Shown: positions 46,601-55,448 of the stretch, in pieces
Numbering within the stretch: position 1 is the stretch's first letter
Layout: the number at the start of each line of letters is the position of its first letter
Source: Acidobacteriota bacterium
GTDB lineage: Bacteria > Acidobacteriota > Vicinamibacteria > Vicinamibacterales > SCN-69-37
Direction: 5' to 3'
Assembly: GCA_009694745.1 (NCBI GenBank)
Contig: SHUF01000001.1
Location: 12,914-76,913 of the forward strand
DNA length: 64,000 bases
The notes under the pieces: generated by a model
What the model saw: only the letters and a program-made list of their open reading frames with translations
Told to the model about the DNA's origin: nothing
Database searches by the model: none
Program-made: the position numbers and the translations under genes

Positions 46601-46773
46601 AGCTGCGCGCCGAAGTATTCAATCTACTCAACCGCGCCAACTTCGGTCCGCCGTCGCTGGTGGCCTTCGCGGGGAGCGCCGACAACGAAGCGCCGCTCGC
46701 GTCGTTCGGCCAGATTCGATCGACGATTACATCTGCGCGGCAGATGCAATTGGGGCTGCGCATCAGCTTCTGA
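43699..46773 (+). CDS. TonB-dependent receptor-like outer-membrane protein with N-terminal CarboxypepD_reg-like domain
   Basis: 1024 aa. Signal peptide ...ASPAFAQ, LAGVVQDSTGAVLAGAQVV...FTIAGLPAGNYEV, plug-like INGRNYTDLMSLLPGV, terminal ...GLRISF. Confidence 0.85.
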   Translation: MFTKKTRLALLLTTLCVLAASPAFAQTGATLAGVVQDSTGAVLAGAQVVARQVATDATRQATSGFDGRFTIAGLPAGNYEVRSDFPGFRPLVRAGISLTVGENAAVILTMEVGATEAVTVTAATSQVNTRSSELSFLVDQRTIAQIPVNGRNYTDLMSLLPGVTPFAHRDNGSVVAHGVAMSVNGQDPRANVYLLDGTLLNDFTNGPAGSAASTALGMDTVQEFRLESNSYSAQFGRNIGGQVNAITKSGSNQFAGSAFEFHRNEAFDARNYFDVGDKPDFMRNQFGGTAGGPLVRDRLFFFAGYEALLETLGRTILTTVPDDNARLGLLPGGVTIPINAAVLPYLNEFPRGNGENLGGGLARYTFPFDQKLAQHFAQLRLDAVLANGAQLFARYTFDDAEQRLPTDFPQFPRSFISRNQFATAEYRQALGQRTFHTVHLGYSRTRVGQNVEANTTQPVSEFAAGRSLMGAIDIGGIPRFGPQLSANLRLRQDVLSLKYDITQSRGRHFLKAGALAEHYVSSEFNPTFSLGVFRFANLAAFLRNTPASFIGLTPNGDVNRRWPFTIYGAYLQDDIQLTPRVTANIGLRFEGSTMPVDEGGRDINMPDLLGAPVVGQLYDNPAPTLSPRAGVVWDVRGDGRTSIRSGYGLYYNTNNHQNLIVTVTNPPSTPRVVLTSPTFPVPPFERLTGISVRPIQYDVQLPRVHMWNASVQQEFFTDWVATVSYAGARGTHLWRNSDVNVPAPAMLADGTLFYAAGLLRPNRNYSAIELKSSDGDSWYKALIVEVKKRWSHGLQVQSSYTWSTSEDTTQNSTFFSDSTTATTSAMPEFIEGYNKGLSDFHAEHNWVTNFVWEPISGWRLSGIVRLRSGSPLTPFVQTNRSRSLWSPSLGPGTGPDRPSYASGRNASNAVTGNPAQWFDPTAFVLQPIGTFGNVGRNALLGPDLRTVDLALSKMFGLSRIGSGRGTVELRAEVFNLLNRANFGPPSLVAFAGSADNEAPLASFGQIRSTITSARQMQLGLRISF

Positions 46774-46864
46774 TCACGACGGATTACAGGGAGGACGGGA
46801 CGACGTCGAAAGAGCCGGGTGCCATGGCCTTGACATCGGGGCCAAGGGTGACCACACTAGTCAC

Positions 46865-47164
46865 ATGGCTACGACCAGTACAAGTGTTGTCCAGCTCAAG
46901 AGCCGGCTGAGCGAATACCTGCGCCGTGTGAAGGCCGGCGGCGAACTGGTGATTACCGAACGCGGGGTGCCCGTGGCAAAGCTGGTGCCGCTTGATGCCA
47001 CCGAGCGGCGCACCACGCGGCGGCTGCGCCTCTCGAAGTCGGGAGTGGTTCGCGCCGGGCGCGGGAAGCTGCCAAAAGTCCTGCAGACGCCGCCGCAGGG
47101 ATCGGCCGCCGGAGTGCTCGAGGCCCTGCTGGCGGAGCGCGGCGACCCCACATCGGACCGCTGA
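46865..47164 (+). CDS. Type II antitoxin, Phd/YefM family
   Basis: ATG at 46865. VVQLKSRLSEYLRRVKAGGELVITERGVPVAKLVP. Its stop overlaps the toxin ATG (TGATG). Confidence 0.8.
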   Translation: MATTSTSVVQLKSRLSEYLRRVKAGGELVITERGVPVAKLVPLDATERRTTRRLRLSKSGVVRAGRGKLPKVLQTPPQGSAAGVLEALLAERGDPTSDR

Positions 47165-47583
47165 TGTTCTGGGACAGCTCCGCCGTCGTGCCCTTGCTGG
47201 TGGCAGAGGCTCAGTCTGAAGGCCTGGCGGCGCTCCTCGCTGAGGACAAGGAGATGACGTTCTGGTGGGCCACGCCTCTTGAATGTCAGTCCGCGATTCA
47301 TCGGCGGCATCGAGAGAAGCCGATGGACGGGGCCATCCTTGGAGCCGCGACGGATCGGCTGCGCGCGATCGTGGAACATGCCGACAGTGTGTCGCCAACA
47401 GACGAAGTGCGCAGGCGCGCGGCGCGCCTCGTCGCCGTCCACCCGCTGCGCGCGGCCGACGCCCTCCAACTGGCGGCGGCGCTCATCTGGTGTGAAGAAC
47501 AACCACACGGCGAAACCTTCGTGTGCCTCGATGCGCGCCTGCGCGATGCAGCGCATCGCGAGGGGTTTGACGTCCGCCCCTGA
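47164..47583 (+). CDS. vapC: PIN-domain toxin, VapC family
   Basis: 139 aa. MFWDSSAVVPLL (first acidic residue), ...LRAADALQLAAAL..., ...FVCLDARL.... Confidence 0.8.
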   Translation: MFWDSSAVVPLLVAEAQSEGLAALLAEDKEMTFWWATPLECQSAIHRRHREKPMDGAILGAATDRLRAIVEHADSVSPTDEVRRRAARLVAVHPLRAADALQLAAALIWCEEQPHGETFVCLDARLRDAAHREGFDVRP

Positions 47584-47601
47584 CTCGGCTGCCGGAGGGG
47601 A

Positions 47602-47979
47602 TTATGGCATCGTCCGAGGCAGGTCCTGTTCGGTCACGTGATAGAGACGAATGGTCTTGCCAATAGTGGCGACCGGCGTGAGCGGCTGAAGCCAATCGAG
47701 CCAGCCGGTCGGAGGGTTGAGCTGAGCGGGTGTCAACGCACACGGGTCGGTCCGGCCGACGCGATTGAGCCGATACACGCGTTCGCTGATCGCAATCCAT
47801 CCGGTGACCGGCGTCAAGGGCAGCGCTGAGACTGGCGGTAACTGGAGGCGGCACGGGTTCACGGTGCCCTGCAGTTGCAGATACAGGGACGGCACCGGGT
47901 GCTCCTTGAAATACGCCTCGAGCGCAAGGCCCCCCAATTCGACGACATCACAATGCTCGTGGTGCGGCGCATCGGCCAC
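47602..47979 (-). CDS. Hypothetical protein (no family recognised)
   Basis: 125-aa ORF whose codon third positions are mostly G/C in this frame. No signal peptide or TM. Convergent with the vapC gene. Confidence 0.45.
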   Translation of the reverse strand: MADAPHHEHCDVVELGGLALEAYFKEHPVPSLYLQLQGTVNPCRLQLPPVSALPLTPVTGWIAISERVYRLNRVGRTDPCALTPAQLNPPTGWLDWLQPLTPVATIGKTIRLYHVTEQDLPRTMP

Positions 47980-48028
47980 GGCTAGAGCCGCGCGTCCCGG
48001 GCTGAGAGGCCCGGGACCTCCGGGCGGA

Positions 48029-49375
48029 TTACTGCGGCAACTGGTCTGACGTGGGCTCGGTGATGAAGCGGTTGGCGATCAGTCCTATGACACATGCAAG
48101 GGTAGCGACCGCAGCGGCTGCCAAGGCGAGTGAACGGCCGGCGCCGTATGCGGGCGTCAATTGGGTGGCAAGAATGGTGGTGGCCAGCGCTGCGGTGGTG
48201 CCGATAATCCGGCCGCCCACGTTTGCCGCGAAGCTCTCACCCGTGCCGCGCAGGTGTGTGGGGAACACGCGCGGCAGATAGCTGCCCCAGAAGTTGAACT
48301 GCGCTGCAGTAATCACGGCCGTGAGGAACACGCCAAAGCCGAGCGGTGTGAAACCGGCGCCGCTCAACCATACGAACGTGAGGGGAAACGCCACCAGCGC
48401 TGCCACTTGGAGGACCCGCAGCATCCGGCGCCGCGCCACAACAACCACCACCAATCCGGCGAGCAGGAAGCGGCCCACCAAGCCGCCGGACTCCTGGATC
48501 ATCTGCATCTGCCCTGAGGCCTCTTTCCTGGCGCTCTCGGCGAGGACGCTCATCTCGGGCAGCAGGGAGACGAACCTGGGCAGGTGCTGCATCGCGCCGT
48601 ACGCCAACGCATAGGTACACGCCGTCGCGGCAATGGCCGCCAGGGTGGTGCGCCGCATCGACCCCTCAAAAAGGGTGCCCACCCGTGGCCGAGCCTGCAT
48701 CCGGCCCTTCACCCACATCGGTGATTCCGGCAGGAACGGTCGCACGGCAACGAGCGGAATCGCCGGCAGGAGGCCCGACAGGCACAGGTACCGCCACTCC
48801 GCGTGTCCTCCGGCAATCGCGGGAAACCCGTCCGCGTAGCGAATGATCAGCAGCCAGACGCCGGTGACGGCGAGCCCGCCAAACCCCGCCACGGCTTGAG
48901 CCAGCCCCACTGCGGCCTCACGCCGCCGCGGGTCCTTGAACATCTCGGCCAGCCAGGCAATGCCGGCTACAAACTCCACACACACCCCGGCCATGATCAG
49001 GCAGCGGCATAACAGGAACATCAGCGCGGATGTGCTGAACGCGGCCGCGAGCGAGGCGCCGGCATACACGAGGATGCTCCAGACCAGGATTTGCCGCCGC
49101 CCGAAGCGATCGGCCAGGTGGCCGCCGGCGAGGCCGAACAACCCACCACACACCGCCGGGGCCCAGAAGATCAAGCCAGCCCAGAAGTTGTAGGTGGGTG
49201 ATCCCGGGGCGGCCGCCAGCAGGTCCAGGAACGCAGGCCCCACAATGAGCGGCAGGGTCAGCAGTTCGTACGCGTCGAAAAAGAAGCCAAACGCGGCCAC
49301 CGCCACAACGAGTCGCTCTGCCCGGGTCAGTGCCGCCACCGCCGCATCATATGATGGTAGGCGCAAAAGACGCAC
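48029..49375 (-). CDS. MFS transporter (paralog of 41793-43166)
   Basis: 448 aa, GTG start. GFFFDAYELLTLPLI, GGHLADRFGRRQIL, RPFLPESPMW. By eye, roughly half the residues match the other MFS protein. Confidence 0.85.
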   Translation of the reverse strand: MRLLRLPSYDAAVAALTRAERLVVAVAAFGFFFDAYELLTLPLIVGPAFLDLLAAAPGSPTYNFWAGLIFWAPAVCGGLFGLAGGHLADRFGRRQILVWSILVYAGASLAAAFSTSALMFLLCRCLIMAGVCVEFVAGIAWLAEMFKDPRRREAAVGLAQAVAGFGGLAVTGVWLLIIRYADGFPAIAGGHAEWRYLCLSGLLPAIPLVAVRPFLPESPMWVKGRMQARPRVGTLFEGSMRRTTLAAIAATACTYALAYGAMQHLPRFVSLLPEMSVLAESARKEASGQMQMIQESGGLVGRFLLAGLVVVVVARRRMLRVLQVAALVAFPLTFVWLSGAGFTPLGFGVFLTAVITAAQFNFWGSYLPRVFPTHLRGTGESFAANVGGRIIGTTAALATTILATQLTPAYGAGRSLALAAAAVATLACVIGLIANRFITEPTSDQLPQ

Positions 49376-49389
49376 TCAGGGACTCAATC

Positions 49390-49992
49390 ATGCTGAAGAA
49401 GATTCGCGGCTGGATCCGCGGCACGTACGACTGGACGATGAAGTGGGTGGACTCGCCGCAGAGCCTGCTGGCCCTGTTTTTGATCGCGCTCGTTGAATCC
49501 TCGGTATTCCCGATTCCTCCCGACGTTCTGCTGATTGCCATCGTTGCGGCCAACACCCATAAGTGGTTGAGCGCGGCGCTCCTGTGCACTGCTGGGTCGG
49601 TGATTGGCGCGATGGTGGGGTACTGGATCGGCATGGTGGCCATGCCCACCATCGGCCAGCCGATTGTCGACTTCTACCAGGCCCAGGGGGCGTGGGACAA
49701 AGTCGTGGAGATGTATCGGAGTGATGTGGGCATCTGGTTCCTGCTGGCCGCCGCGTTCACGCCGATTCCGTTCAAGGTCGCGACGATCGCCGCAGGCGCA
49801 ACCGGCATGGCCTTCTGGCCGTTCGTGATTGTGAGTCTGATCGGCCGATCCGCCCGGTTCTTCCTTGTCGCCCTCATCCTGCGCATTTATGGCGCGCCGG
49901 TCCGGGCGATGATCGAGAAACACTTCGACAAGTTTTCACTCGCGTTTCTCGTGTTGCTCGTCGCCGGGTTTCTGGTGATCCGCTTGATGTGA
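49390..49992 (+). CDS. YqaA/DedA-like (VTT domain) membrane protein
   Basis: ATG at 49390 (MLKKIRGWIRG...). ALVESSVFPIPPDVLLIA is the YqaA-family signature. Confidence 0.75.
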   Translation: MLKKIRGWIRGTYDWTMKWVDSPQSLLALFLIALVESSVFPIPPDVLLIAIVAANTHKWLSAALLCTAGSVIGAMVGYWIGMVAMPTIGQPIVDFYQAQGAWDKVVEMYRSDVGIWFLLAAAFTPIPFKVATIAAGATGMAFWPFVIVSLIGRSARFFLVALILRIYGAPVRAMIEKHFDKFSLAFLVLLVAGFLVIRLM

Positions 49993-50022
49993 TCCGCGGC
50001 TGGTCAGACCCGGCTACTCGTC

Positions 50023-51291
50023 CTAGATGAACGTCAGGCTGCTCTTCCTGTAGTCCCCGCCAAGGATGGGGACCGAGTTTGTGCCGAGCCAGTTGTCGAG
50101 CACGCGCGCGTAGACCGAACGAAAGTCCGTTTCGTACTTCACGTCGGCGCCGCTGTTCTCAAGCGTGCCATCCACGTTGTTCGGGTTGAGCGATGCCGCA
50201 GTGCCGTAGATGCCGCCCTGCACGCCGCCGCCCATCGCCATCATCACACCTGCGGCGCCGTGGTCACAGCCCTGACTGCCGTTCTCGCTGATCCGCCGGC
50301 CGAATTCCGAGAACTGCAGCACGAGGGTGTCGTTGAGTAATCCCTGGTTGCGCATGTCGTTGTGAAAGGTGAGCAGGCTGTCGCCGACCGTGCCCATGAG
50401 GTTCGCGTAGCCGGCATTGGCCGCGTTGGTGTTCTGGTTGGAGTGCGTGTCGAACCCACCCAACTGCACCCAGAAGACTTTCGTGCCGATACCTTTGGCG
50501 ATCGAACCCGCCACGGCCTTGAGTGCCTGTGCCAGACCGTTGTTGGCGTAGGCCACCGTCCCGGTGTATGTGCCGACCGTGGCGACGCGGTCGAGCGTGG
50601 CCATCGCCGACTGCGACGTGGCATTCACAAACGCCACGTGCGGCCTATCCACCGGCACATGCGACGCCATCGTCGTCATCGTCGCGCGCGAATACCCGGC
50701 TTCGGCGCCGGTGTTGGGACTCAGGAAGGAATAACCGGCCACCGACGGGATGGCGGCCACGCTGACCTCGCGCGATTGGAGCGAGTGCGGCAATTCGCGC
50801 ACGGTGCTCCAGGCCACGAGTGGGTCTACGGGGTCAGGCAACGCGTCGAGGTAGCGGCCCAGCCAGCCCGTGCCGCCGCTTGAATTGGCGGGATTGGCGG
50901 TGGACCAGATGTCGGTGCCCAGAAAATGCGACCGGCTGGAATTGGTGTAGCCCGTGCGCTGGATGAGCGCGAGCTTTCCCTGATTGAAGATCTGGCTCAA
51001 GCCCGTCAGACGCGGATGCAGGCCGAGCGCCTTGCCGGATGAGTCTGTACCGACCTGCAGGACGTTGGCCGCCGGCACGGCGATCGCGGGGCGCCGGCTG
51101 TAATAGAAGCTGTCGCCGTAGGGAATCAACGTGCTGAGCGCGTCGTTGCCGCCGCTCAGATACAACACCACCAGATTTCGGCGTGACGCGCCCTGCGCGC
51201 GGGCGATGTCTGAGAGAAACGCTGGTGCGGCAAAACTGACGGTGAATGCCGTCACGCCGCCTTTGACGAATTGTCGTCGAGTGACCTTCAT
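50023..51291 (-). CDS. DUF1501 domain-containing protein (Tat-exported, sulfatase-fold-like)
   Basis: 422 aa. Twin-arginine signal MKVTRRQFVKGG. LSGGNDALS and QLGGFDTHSNQ motifs. Confidence 0.8.
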   Translation of the reverse strand: MKVTRRQFVKGGVTAFTVSFAAPAFLSDIARAQGASRRNLVVLYLSGGNDALSTLIPYGDSFYYSRRPAIAVPAANVLQVGTDSSGKALGLHPRLTGLSQIFNQGKLALIQRTGYTNSSRSHFLGTDIWSTANPANSSGGTGWLGRYLDALPDPVDPLVAWSTVRELPHSLQSREVSVAAIPSVAGYSFLSPNTGAEAGYSRATMTTMASHVPVDRPHVAFVNATSQSAMATLDRVATVGTYTGTVAYANNGLAQALKAVAGSIAKGIGTKVFWVQLGGFDTHSNQNTNAANAGYANLMGTVGDSLLTFHNDMRNQGLLNDTLVLQFSEFGRRISENGSQGCDHGAAGVMMAMGGGVQGGIYGTAASLNPNNVDGTLENSGADVKYETDFRSVYARVLDNWLGTNSVPILGGDYRKSSLTFI

Positions 51292-51321
51292 GGCTGTCCT
51301 TCGCGGGTTCTGATGCGGGCG

Positions 51322-52845
51322 TTAGACGAACTGGTACTCGCCCGACCCAGTGAGTAGGTGAAACACGCCGCCGGCCTTGTTGAGCAACTGGGTCTCAGAC
51401 CCCGTCCAGGTGCCACCGGCGCGGACGTAGTCCACCAGGGGGTTGTACACCTCTGCCGGCACAGCCGGCAGGCTGAGACGGCTGACGGCGTAATCGACCA
51501 GCGTTTCAGGGGTTTGGTTATAGAGCCGCGACGTATTGCGCAATTCGAACCGCTGGTTGGTGGCCAACGCAGACGCGAAGTTCATCCGTGCGAGCATGCC
51601 GCCGGTAGAGAACCAGGCAGGCCCAATCGCCCACCCGTCCACGTCGGGCGGCTCAAACAACTGCTGTCCCATGTTGAGCATCGGCGTGAGCGTGTCGTTG
51701 GCCGAAAACCCTAGGTGACCCATTTCCTTCAGCGCACGGACCACATACTCAACCGGCCATGAATGGCGCTTGTAGCGGTGGCGCGGATCGCGGAACTGCG
51801 AAGAGCGCACGACCGCGCGAATGACCTCGCGCATGTCGGTGTCCGACGAGAGATACACCGCGGCGATCGCGTTCACAAACGCCGGGGCCGGCGCCTCGAT
51901 ATCACTGACAAACCAGTTCCACAGCCGGCCGGCCATTCGTCGTGCGGTCTCGGGATGCATGGCAAGCGCGGCGATCAGGTCGAGACCATCCTGCATGCCT
52001 GATGCCGCGGCCCGTGCTGGAATGGTCTTCGACCCATTGGCATAGATCGGGAACGAGAACGACTTCGCCGCCACGTCGTGCTGCGCCGCGTTGTAGTTGA
52101 ATGCGTAGTAGGCGGTCGGCGTATTGCTCGTGCCCCGTAGCGCAATGTTCCATCCCGTGAACACACGCGCGGCAGCATACACATCCTCTTCCGTATAGTT
52201 GCTCACGCCAAACGTAAACAACTCCATCAGCTCGCGGCCGAAATTTTCCTGCGGCTTGGCCTTGACATTGGTGTTGCCGTCGAGCCAATAGATCATGGCC
52301 GGGTCTTTAGCCACTTCCACCAGCAGGTGACTGAACTTGCCAAGCCCGAGCTGGCGAAACAGCTCGATTTGCCCGCGCACCTGCGCCGTGTCTTCCGACG
52401 GCTTGGCCGCCATCAGCCGCGCGCCTTCAGTGCCGCCCACCGCCCCGGCCAGCTTGCTGTACGCCGTAGCGAAGTGGTGATGCCACAGCAGGGCCATCCG
52501 CTCCTGCAGCGGCGCGGGGGAATGCACCATCCGGAAGACCCACCGCTGCCGCGAATCGTTGATGACTGTGTTGGGCATGAACCCATTGCGCGCGGTAATG
52601 CCCAGAAACCCGGGCGTCCCGATTCTGGCGTCCACGTCGTTGGCGGGGTCGGTCGGGTGGAAATCCAACAGGGCGGAGACAGCCTCCCCGTACGACATCC
52701 CTTCGTAGATGGCGCGCTCGGCTGGAGTAGCGCCAAAGCCGATCCGCAACAGGAGGTGATCCAGTTGGGGCCGGTCGCTGAGTCGTCTCCGCAACAGGAG
52801 GCGATCCAGTTGGGGCCGGTCGCTGAGTCGTCCGATGGTGTCCAT
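51322..52845 (-). CDS. DUF1800 domain-containing protein
   Basis: 507 aa. LLLRIGFGATPAE and LLWHHHFAT are typical of DUF1800. Sits upstream of and co-oriented with the DUF1501 gene (30-nt gap). Confidence 0.75.
   Translation of the reverse strand: MDTIGRLSDRPQLDRLLLRRRLSDRPQLDHLLLRIGFGATPAERAIYEGMSYGEAVSALLDFHPTDPANDVDARIGTPGFLGITARNGFMPNTVINDSRQRWVFRMVHSPAPLQERMALLWHHHFATAYSKLAGAVGGTEGARLMAAKPSEDTAQVRGQIELFRQLGLGKFSHLLVEVAKDPAMIYWLDGNTNVKAKPQENFGRELMELFTFGVSNYTEEDVYAAARVFTGWNIALRGTSNTPTAYYAFNYNAAQHDVAAKSFSFPIYANGSKTIPARAAASGMQDGLDLIAALAMHPETARRMAGRLWNWFVSDIEAPAPAFVNAIAAVYLSSDTDMREVIRAVVRSSQFRDPRHRYKRHSWPVEYVVRALKEMGHLGFSANDTLTPMLNMGQQLFEPPDVDGWAIGPAWFSTGGMLARMNFASALATNQRFELRNTSRLYNQTPETLVDYAVSRLSLPAVPAEVYNPLVDYVRAGGTWTGSETQLLNKAGGVFHLLTGSGEYQFV
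52744..52833. repeat. 45-bp tandem duplication inside the 5' end of the DUF1800 gene
   Basis: CCGCAACAGGAGGTGATCCAGTTGGGGCCGGTCGCTGAGTCGTCT (52744-52788) and CCGCAACAGGAGGCGATCCAGTTGGGGCCGGTCGCTGAGTCGTCC (52789-52833), with 2 mismatches. They encode LSDRPQLDRLLLRRR and LSDRPQLDHLLLRIG. Confidence 0.9.
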
Positions 52846-52896
52846 GAAGTTACCCCTTACCTTTGACCGGAACCCGACGCCAGAGGTTACAACAGG

Positions 52897-54129
52897 TTAT
52901 ACCGCCCGCACAAATCCGAGCATCTGGTCGTCTTTGGTGGCCTGGCCGGTGAAAAACCGGGCCGCCGCCCTGGCGGCCAGCCAGGCAAACGCCTCCCCAT
53001 GCCACCCAAAAGCGATGGAAAAGAAGTGAAACGGATAGTTCCTGTGTGGGCCAATCCACGGCAGCCCGTCAGCGGTGCCGACGATGGGCAAATCCCAGCC
53101 GTACGCCGGTGGCAGGCCGGAAATGTCTGGATGGCGCAATGACAGCTCGTACATCAGCTGGTTCGCGCGTTGCCGGACCGCCGCCTCGCCCAGGGGCGCC
53201 GACGCCATCTCCGGCCCCGTCAATCCCGAAAACAGCGCCCGATTGCCGTCGAGCCAACGAAGGAACCGGGGCGACTCCGTGCCTTCGGTGTACAAGGCCG
53301 CCCTGGCGCCCACTAGCTTACGCATGGCCGGCGTGAGCGGTTCAGTGACCACCACATATCCGCGCGTCGTCCGGACATGCCGATCGAGCTGGTGGAACAC
53401 CGGACCAGGTGTCCCTGTCGCCACCACAACGCCGCGGGTGACGATGGTGCCGCCGTTGAAAGCGACGGTGGCGTCCTTGCGGGTAAACGTGGTCTTCTTC
53501 ACCCGCGTCTGTTCGAAGATTCGAGCACCCTTCGCGCGAGCGGCTTCGGCCAGCCCGAGGGCGGCGCGAACCGGGTGCAGGACCGCGGCATCGTGCAGGC
53601 GCATCGCGCCCTGTGTTTCGGTGGCCAGCGCCTCCCGGGACGCGGCCGGCGTCAGCCATGAGGCATCAAGCTTGGCGGCCTTGCGCGCTGACACTTCTTT
53701 CTTCAGGACGGCCGCGTCATTGGTGAACGGCGCATTGACCAGAAGCGGCATCGCGGTGGTGTCGCAGCGGATCTTCAACCGCTTCAAGGTGGTGGACAGA
53801 TCTCGCACGCTGCGTTGAAGTTCGGCGAAGGCGATGTGGGCTGCGCGTTTGCCGGCCGTCTTTTCCACTTCGATCAGTGATCCATCCGGCACGGGCAGCA
53901 CCGCACCAATCGACCCCTGGGTGGCGCCCGCAGCCAGATGATCCGCCTCGAGCAACACCACGTCGAGCCCGGCCTGGGCCAGCGTGTAGGCCGCCGCACA
54001 CCCGGTGAAGCCGCCGCCAATCACGACCACGTCGGCAGTGAGCCGACCCTTTGCCGGCTTGCCGGGCGCGGTTCGTGCCTTGGCCGACGCCGCGTGAGTG
54101 GCCCAATATGAGAGTCCGTAGCCTGGCAT
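52897..54129 (-). CDS. FAD-dependent oxidoreductase (DAO family)
   Basis: Start moved to the ATG at 54129 (MPGYGLSYW...); the listed 54249 start would overlap the divergent permease gene. DVVVIGGGFTGCAAAYTLAQAG dinucleotide-binding motif. Confidence 0.75.
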   Translation of the reverse strand: MPGYGLSYWATHAASAKARTAPGKPAKGRLTADVVVIGGGFTGCAAAYTLAQAGLDVVLLEADHLAAGATQGSIGAVLPVPDGSLIEVEKTAGKRAAHIAFAELQRSVRDLSTTLKRLKIRCDTTAMPLLVNAPFTNDAAVLKKEVSARKAAKLDASWLTPAASREALATETQGAMRLHDAAVLHPVRAALGLAEAARAKGARIFEQTRVKKTTFTRKDATVAFNGGTIVTRGVVVATGTPGPVFHQLDRHVRTTRGYVVVTEPLTPAMRKLVGARAALYTEGTESPRFLRWLDGNRALFSGLTGPEMASAPLGEAAVRQRANQLMYELSLRHPDISGLPPAYGWDLPIVGTADGLPWIGPHRNYPFHFFSIAFGWHGEAFAWLAARAAARFFTGQATKDDQMLGFVRAV

Positions 54130-54149
54130 TACGAGACAGAATAGCCCAC

Positions 54150-55448
54150 ATGAAACGTGACTCGTTGGGATTCTGGATGGTGGCCGCCCTCGTGATGGGC
54201 AATATGGTGGGGTCCGGCGTGTTCCTCCTGCCCTCGTCGCTCGCGGCATTTGGGGGACTGAGCCTGGTGGGCTGGGTGGCGTCAGCCGCCGGAGCCACGT
54301 GCCTGGCCCTGGTGTTCGCGCGCCTCGCCCGCATCCGGCCCGCTGCCGGCGGACCGTACGCGTACACGAGGATGGCCTTCGGAGCCCTTCCGGCGTTCAT
54401 GGTGGCCTGGGGCTATTGGATCTCGGTCTGGAGCTCCACGGCAGCACTGGCCGTGGCGGGCGTCGGGTACCTCGATCCGTTTTTTCCCACCATCGTCCGC
54501 ACCCCCGTCTTGGCCGCCATCCTGGCCATCGCCATGGTGTGGACATTCACGCTGATCAACATCGCTGGAGTGCGGCGGGCGGGCCAGGTGCAGGTGGTGA
54601 CCACCGTGCTGAAGTTGATGCCGCTCGTGCTCGTGGGGATCGGGGGCCTGTTCTATTTTTCACCCGCACACTTCCCCGTCACGGCCACGTCGTTTGGCGA
54701 TGCGGCCGGGCAGGTGACGCAGGTGGCCACGCTCACGCTCTGGGCATTTCTGGGTCTTGAGGCCGCGACGATTCCGGCAGGGCACGTCGCAAATCCCGAA
54801 ACAACCATTCCGCGCGCGACCATTGCCGGAACGTTGATCGCCGCCACTATCTACATCGTGAGCACGATTGGCGTGATGTCACTGGTGCCGGCCGCAACAC
54901 TGGCCACGACGACCGCGCCGTTTGCGGATGGTGCGCGCGCGCTGTTTGGCAACACGGCGGCGAGCCTGGTGGCGATTGGCGCCGCCATCTCCTGTTTTGG
55001 TGCGCTCAACGGCTGGACGTTGGTCGTCGGGGAGTTGCCGCTGGCGGTCGCCAAAGACGGGTTGTTCCCGAAGATCTTCGCCCGCGTCTCGCCGCAGGGC
55101 ACACCAGTGGCGGGAATGCTCGTAGCCGGCGTGCTGGCCTCGGTGCTCATTGCGGCGAACCACACCAGGGGCCTGGTCGAACTCTTCACGTTCATCATCC
55201 TGCTCTCGACGCTCTCGACGCTCGTGCCCTATGTGTTCTCGGCGCTCGCAACGTTTCGCATCAAGGACCCGTCGGCGCCGCCTGGCGCCGGCCAGTTGCC
55301 GGCCAGAATGAAGGCTGTCGCTGGGCTGGCATTCGCGTATGGGTTGTGGGCTATCGGGGGTGCGGGCGCGGAAACGGTGTACTGGGGCTTTTTGCTCTTG
55401 CTGGCGGGCCTGCCCGTTTTTGTCTGGGTGACGCGCGACCGTGCCTGA
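54150..55448 (+). CDS. APC-family amino acid permease
   Basis: ATG at 54150 (MKRDSLGFWMVAALVMGNMVGSGVFLLPSSLA). 12 TM pattern. Confidence 0.85.
   Translation: MKRDSLGFWMVAALVMGNMVGSGVFLLPSSLAAFGGLSLVGWVASAAGATCLALVFARLARIRPAAGGPYAYTRMAFGALPAFMVAWGYWISVWSSTAALAVAGVGYLDPFFPTIVRTPVLAAILAIAMVWTFTLINIAGVRRAGQVQVVTTVLKLMPLVLVGIGGLFYFSPAHFPVTATSFGDAAGQVTQVATLTLWAFLGLEAATIPAGHVANPETTIPRATIAGTLIAATIYIVSTIGVMSLVPAATLATTTAPFADGARALFGNTAASLVAIGAAISCFGALNGWTLVVGELPLAVAKDGLFPKIFARVSPQGTPVAGMLVAGVLASVLIAANHTRGLVELFTFIILLSTLSTLVPYVFSALATFRIKDPSAPPGAGQLPARMKAVAGLAFAYGLWAIGGAGAETVYWGFLLLLAGLPVFVWVTRDRA

Noticed and set aside
49376-49389. 14-bp divergent gap between the MFS gene and the yqaA-like gene as evidence of an unusual shared promoter.
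   Set aside because: The MFS start is an unsupported GTG and the true starts may differ. There is too little information to interpret.
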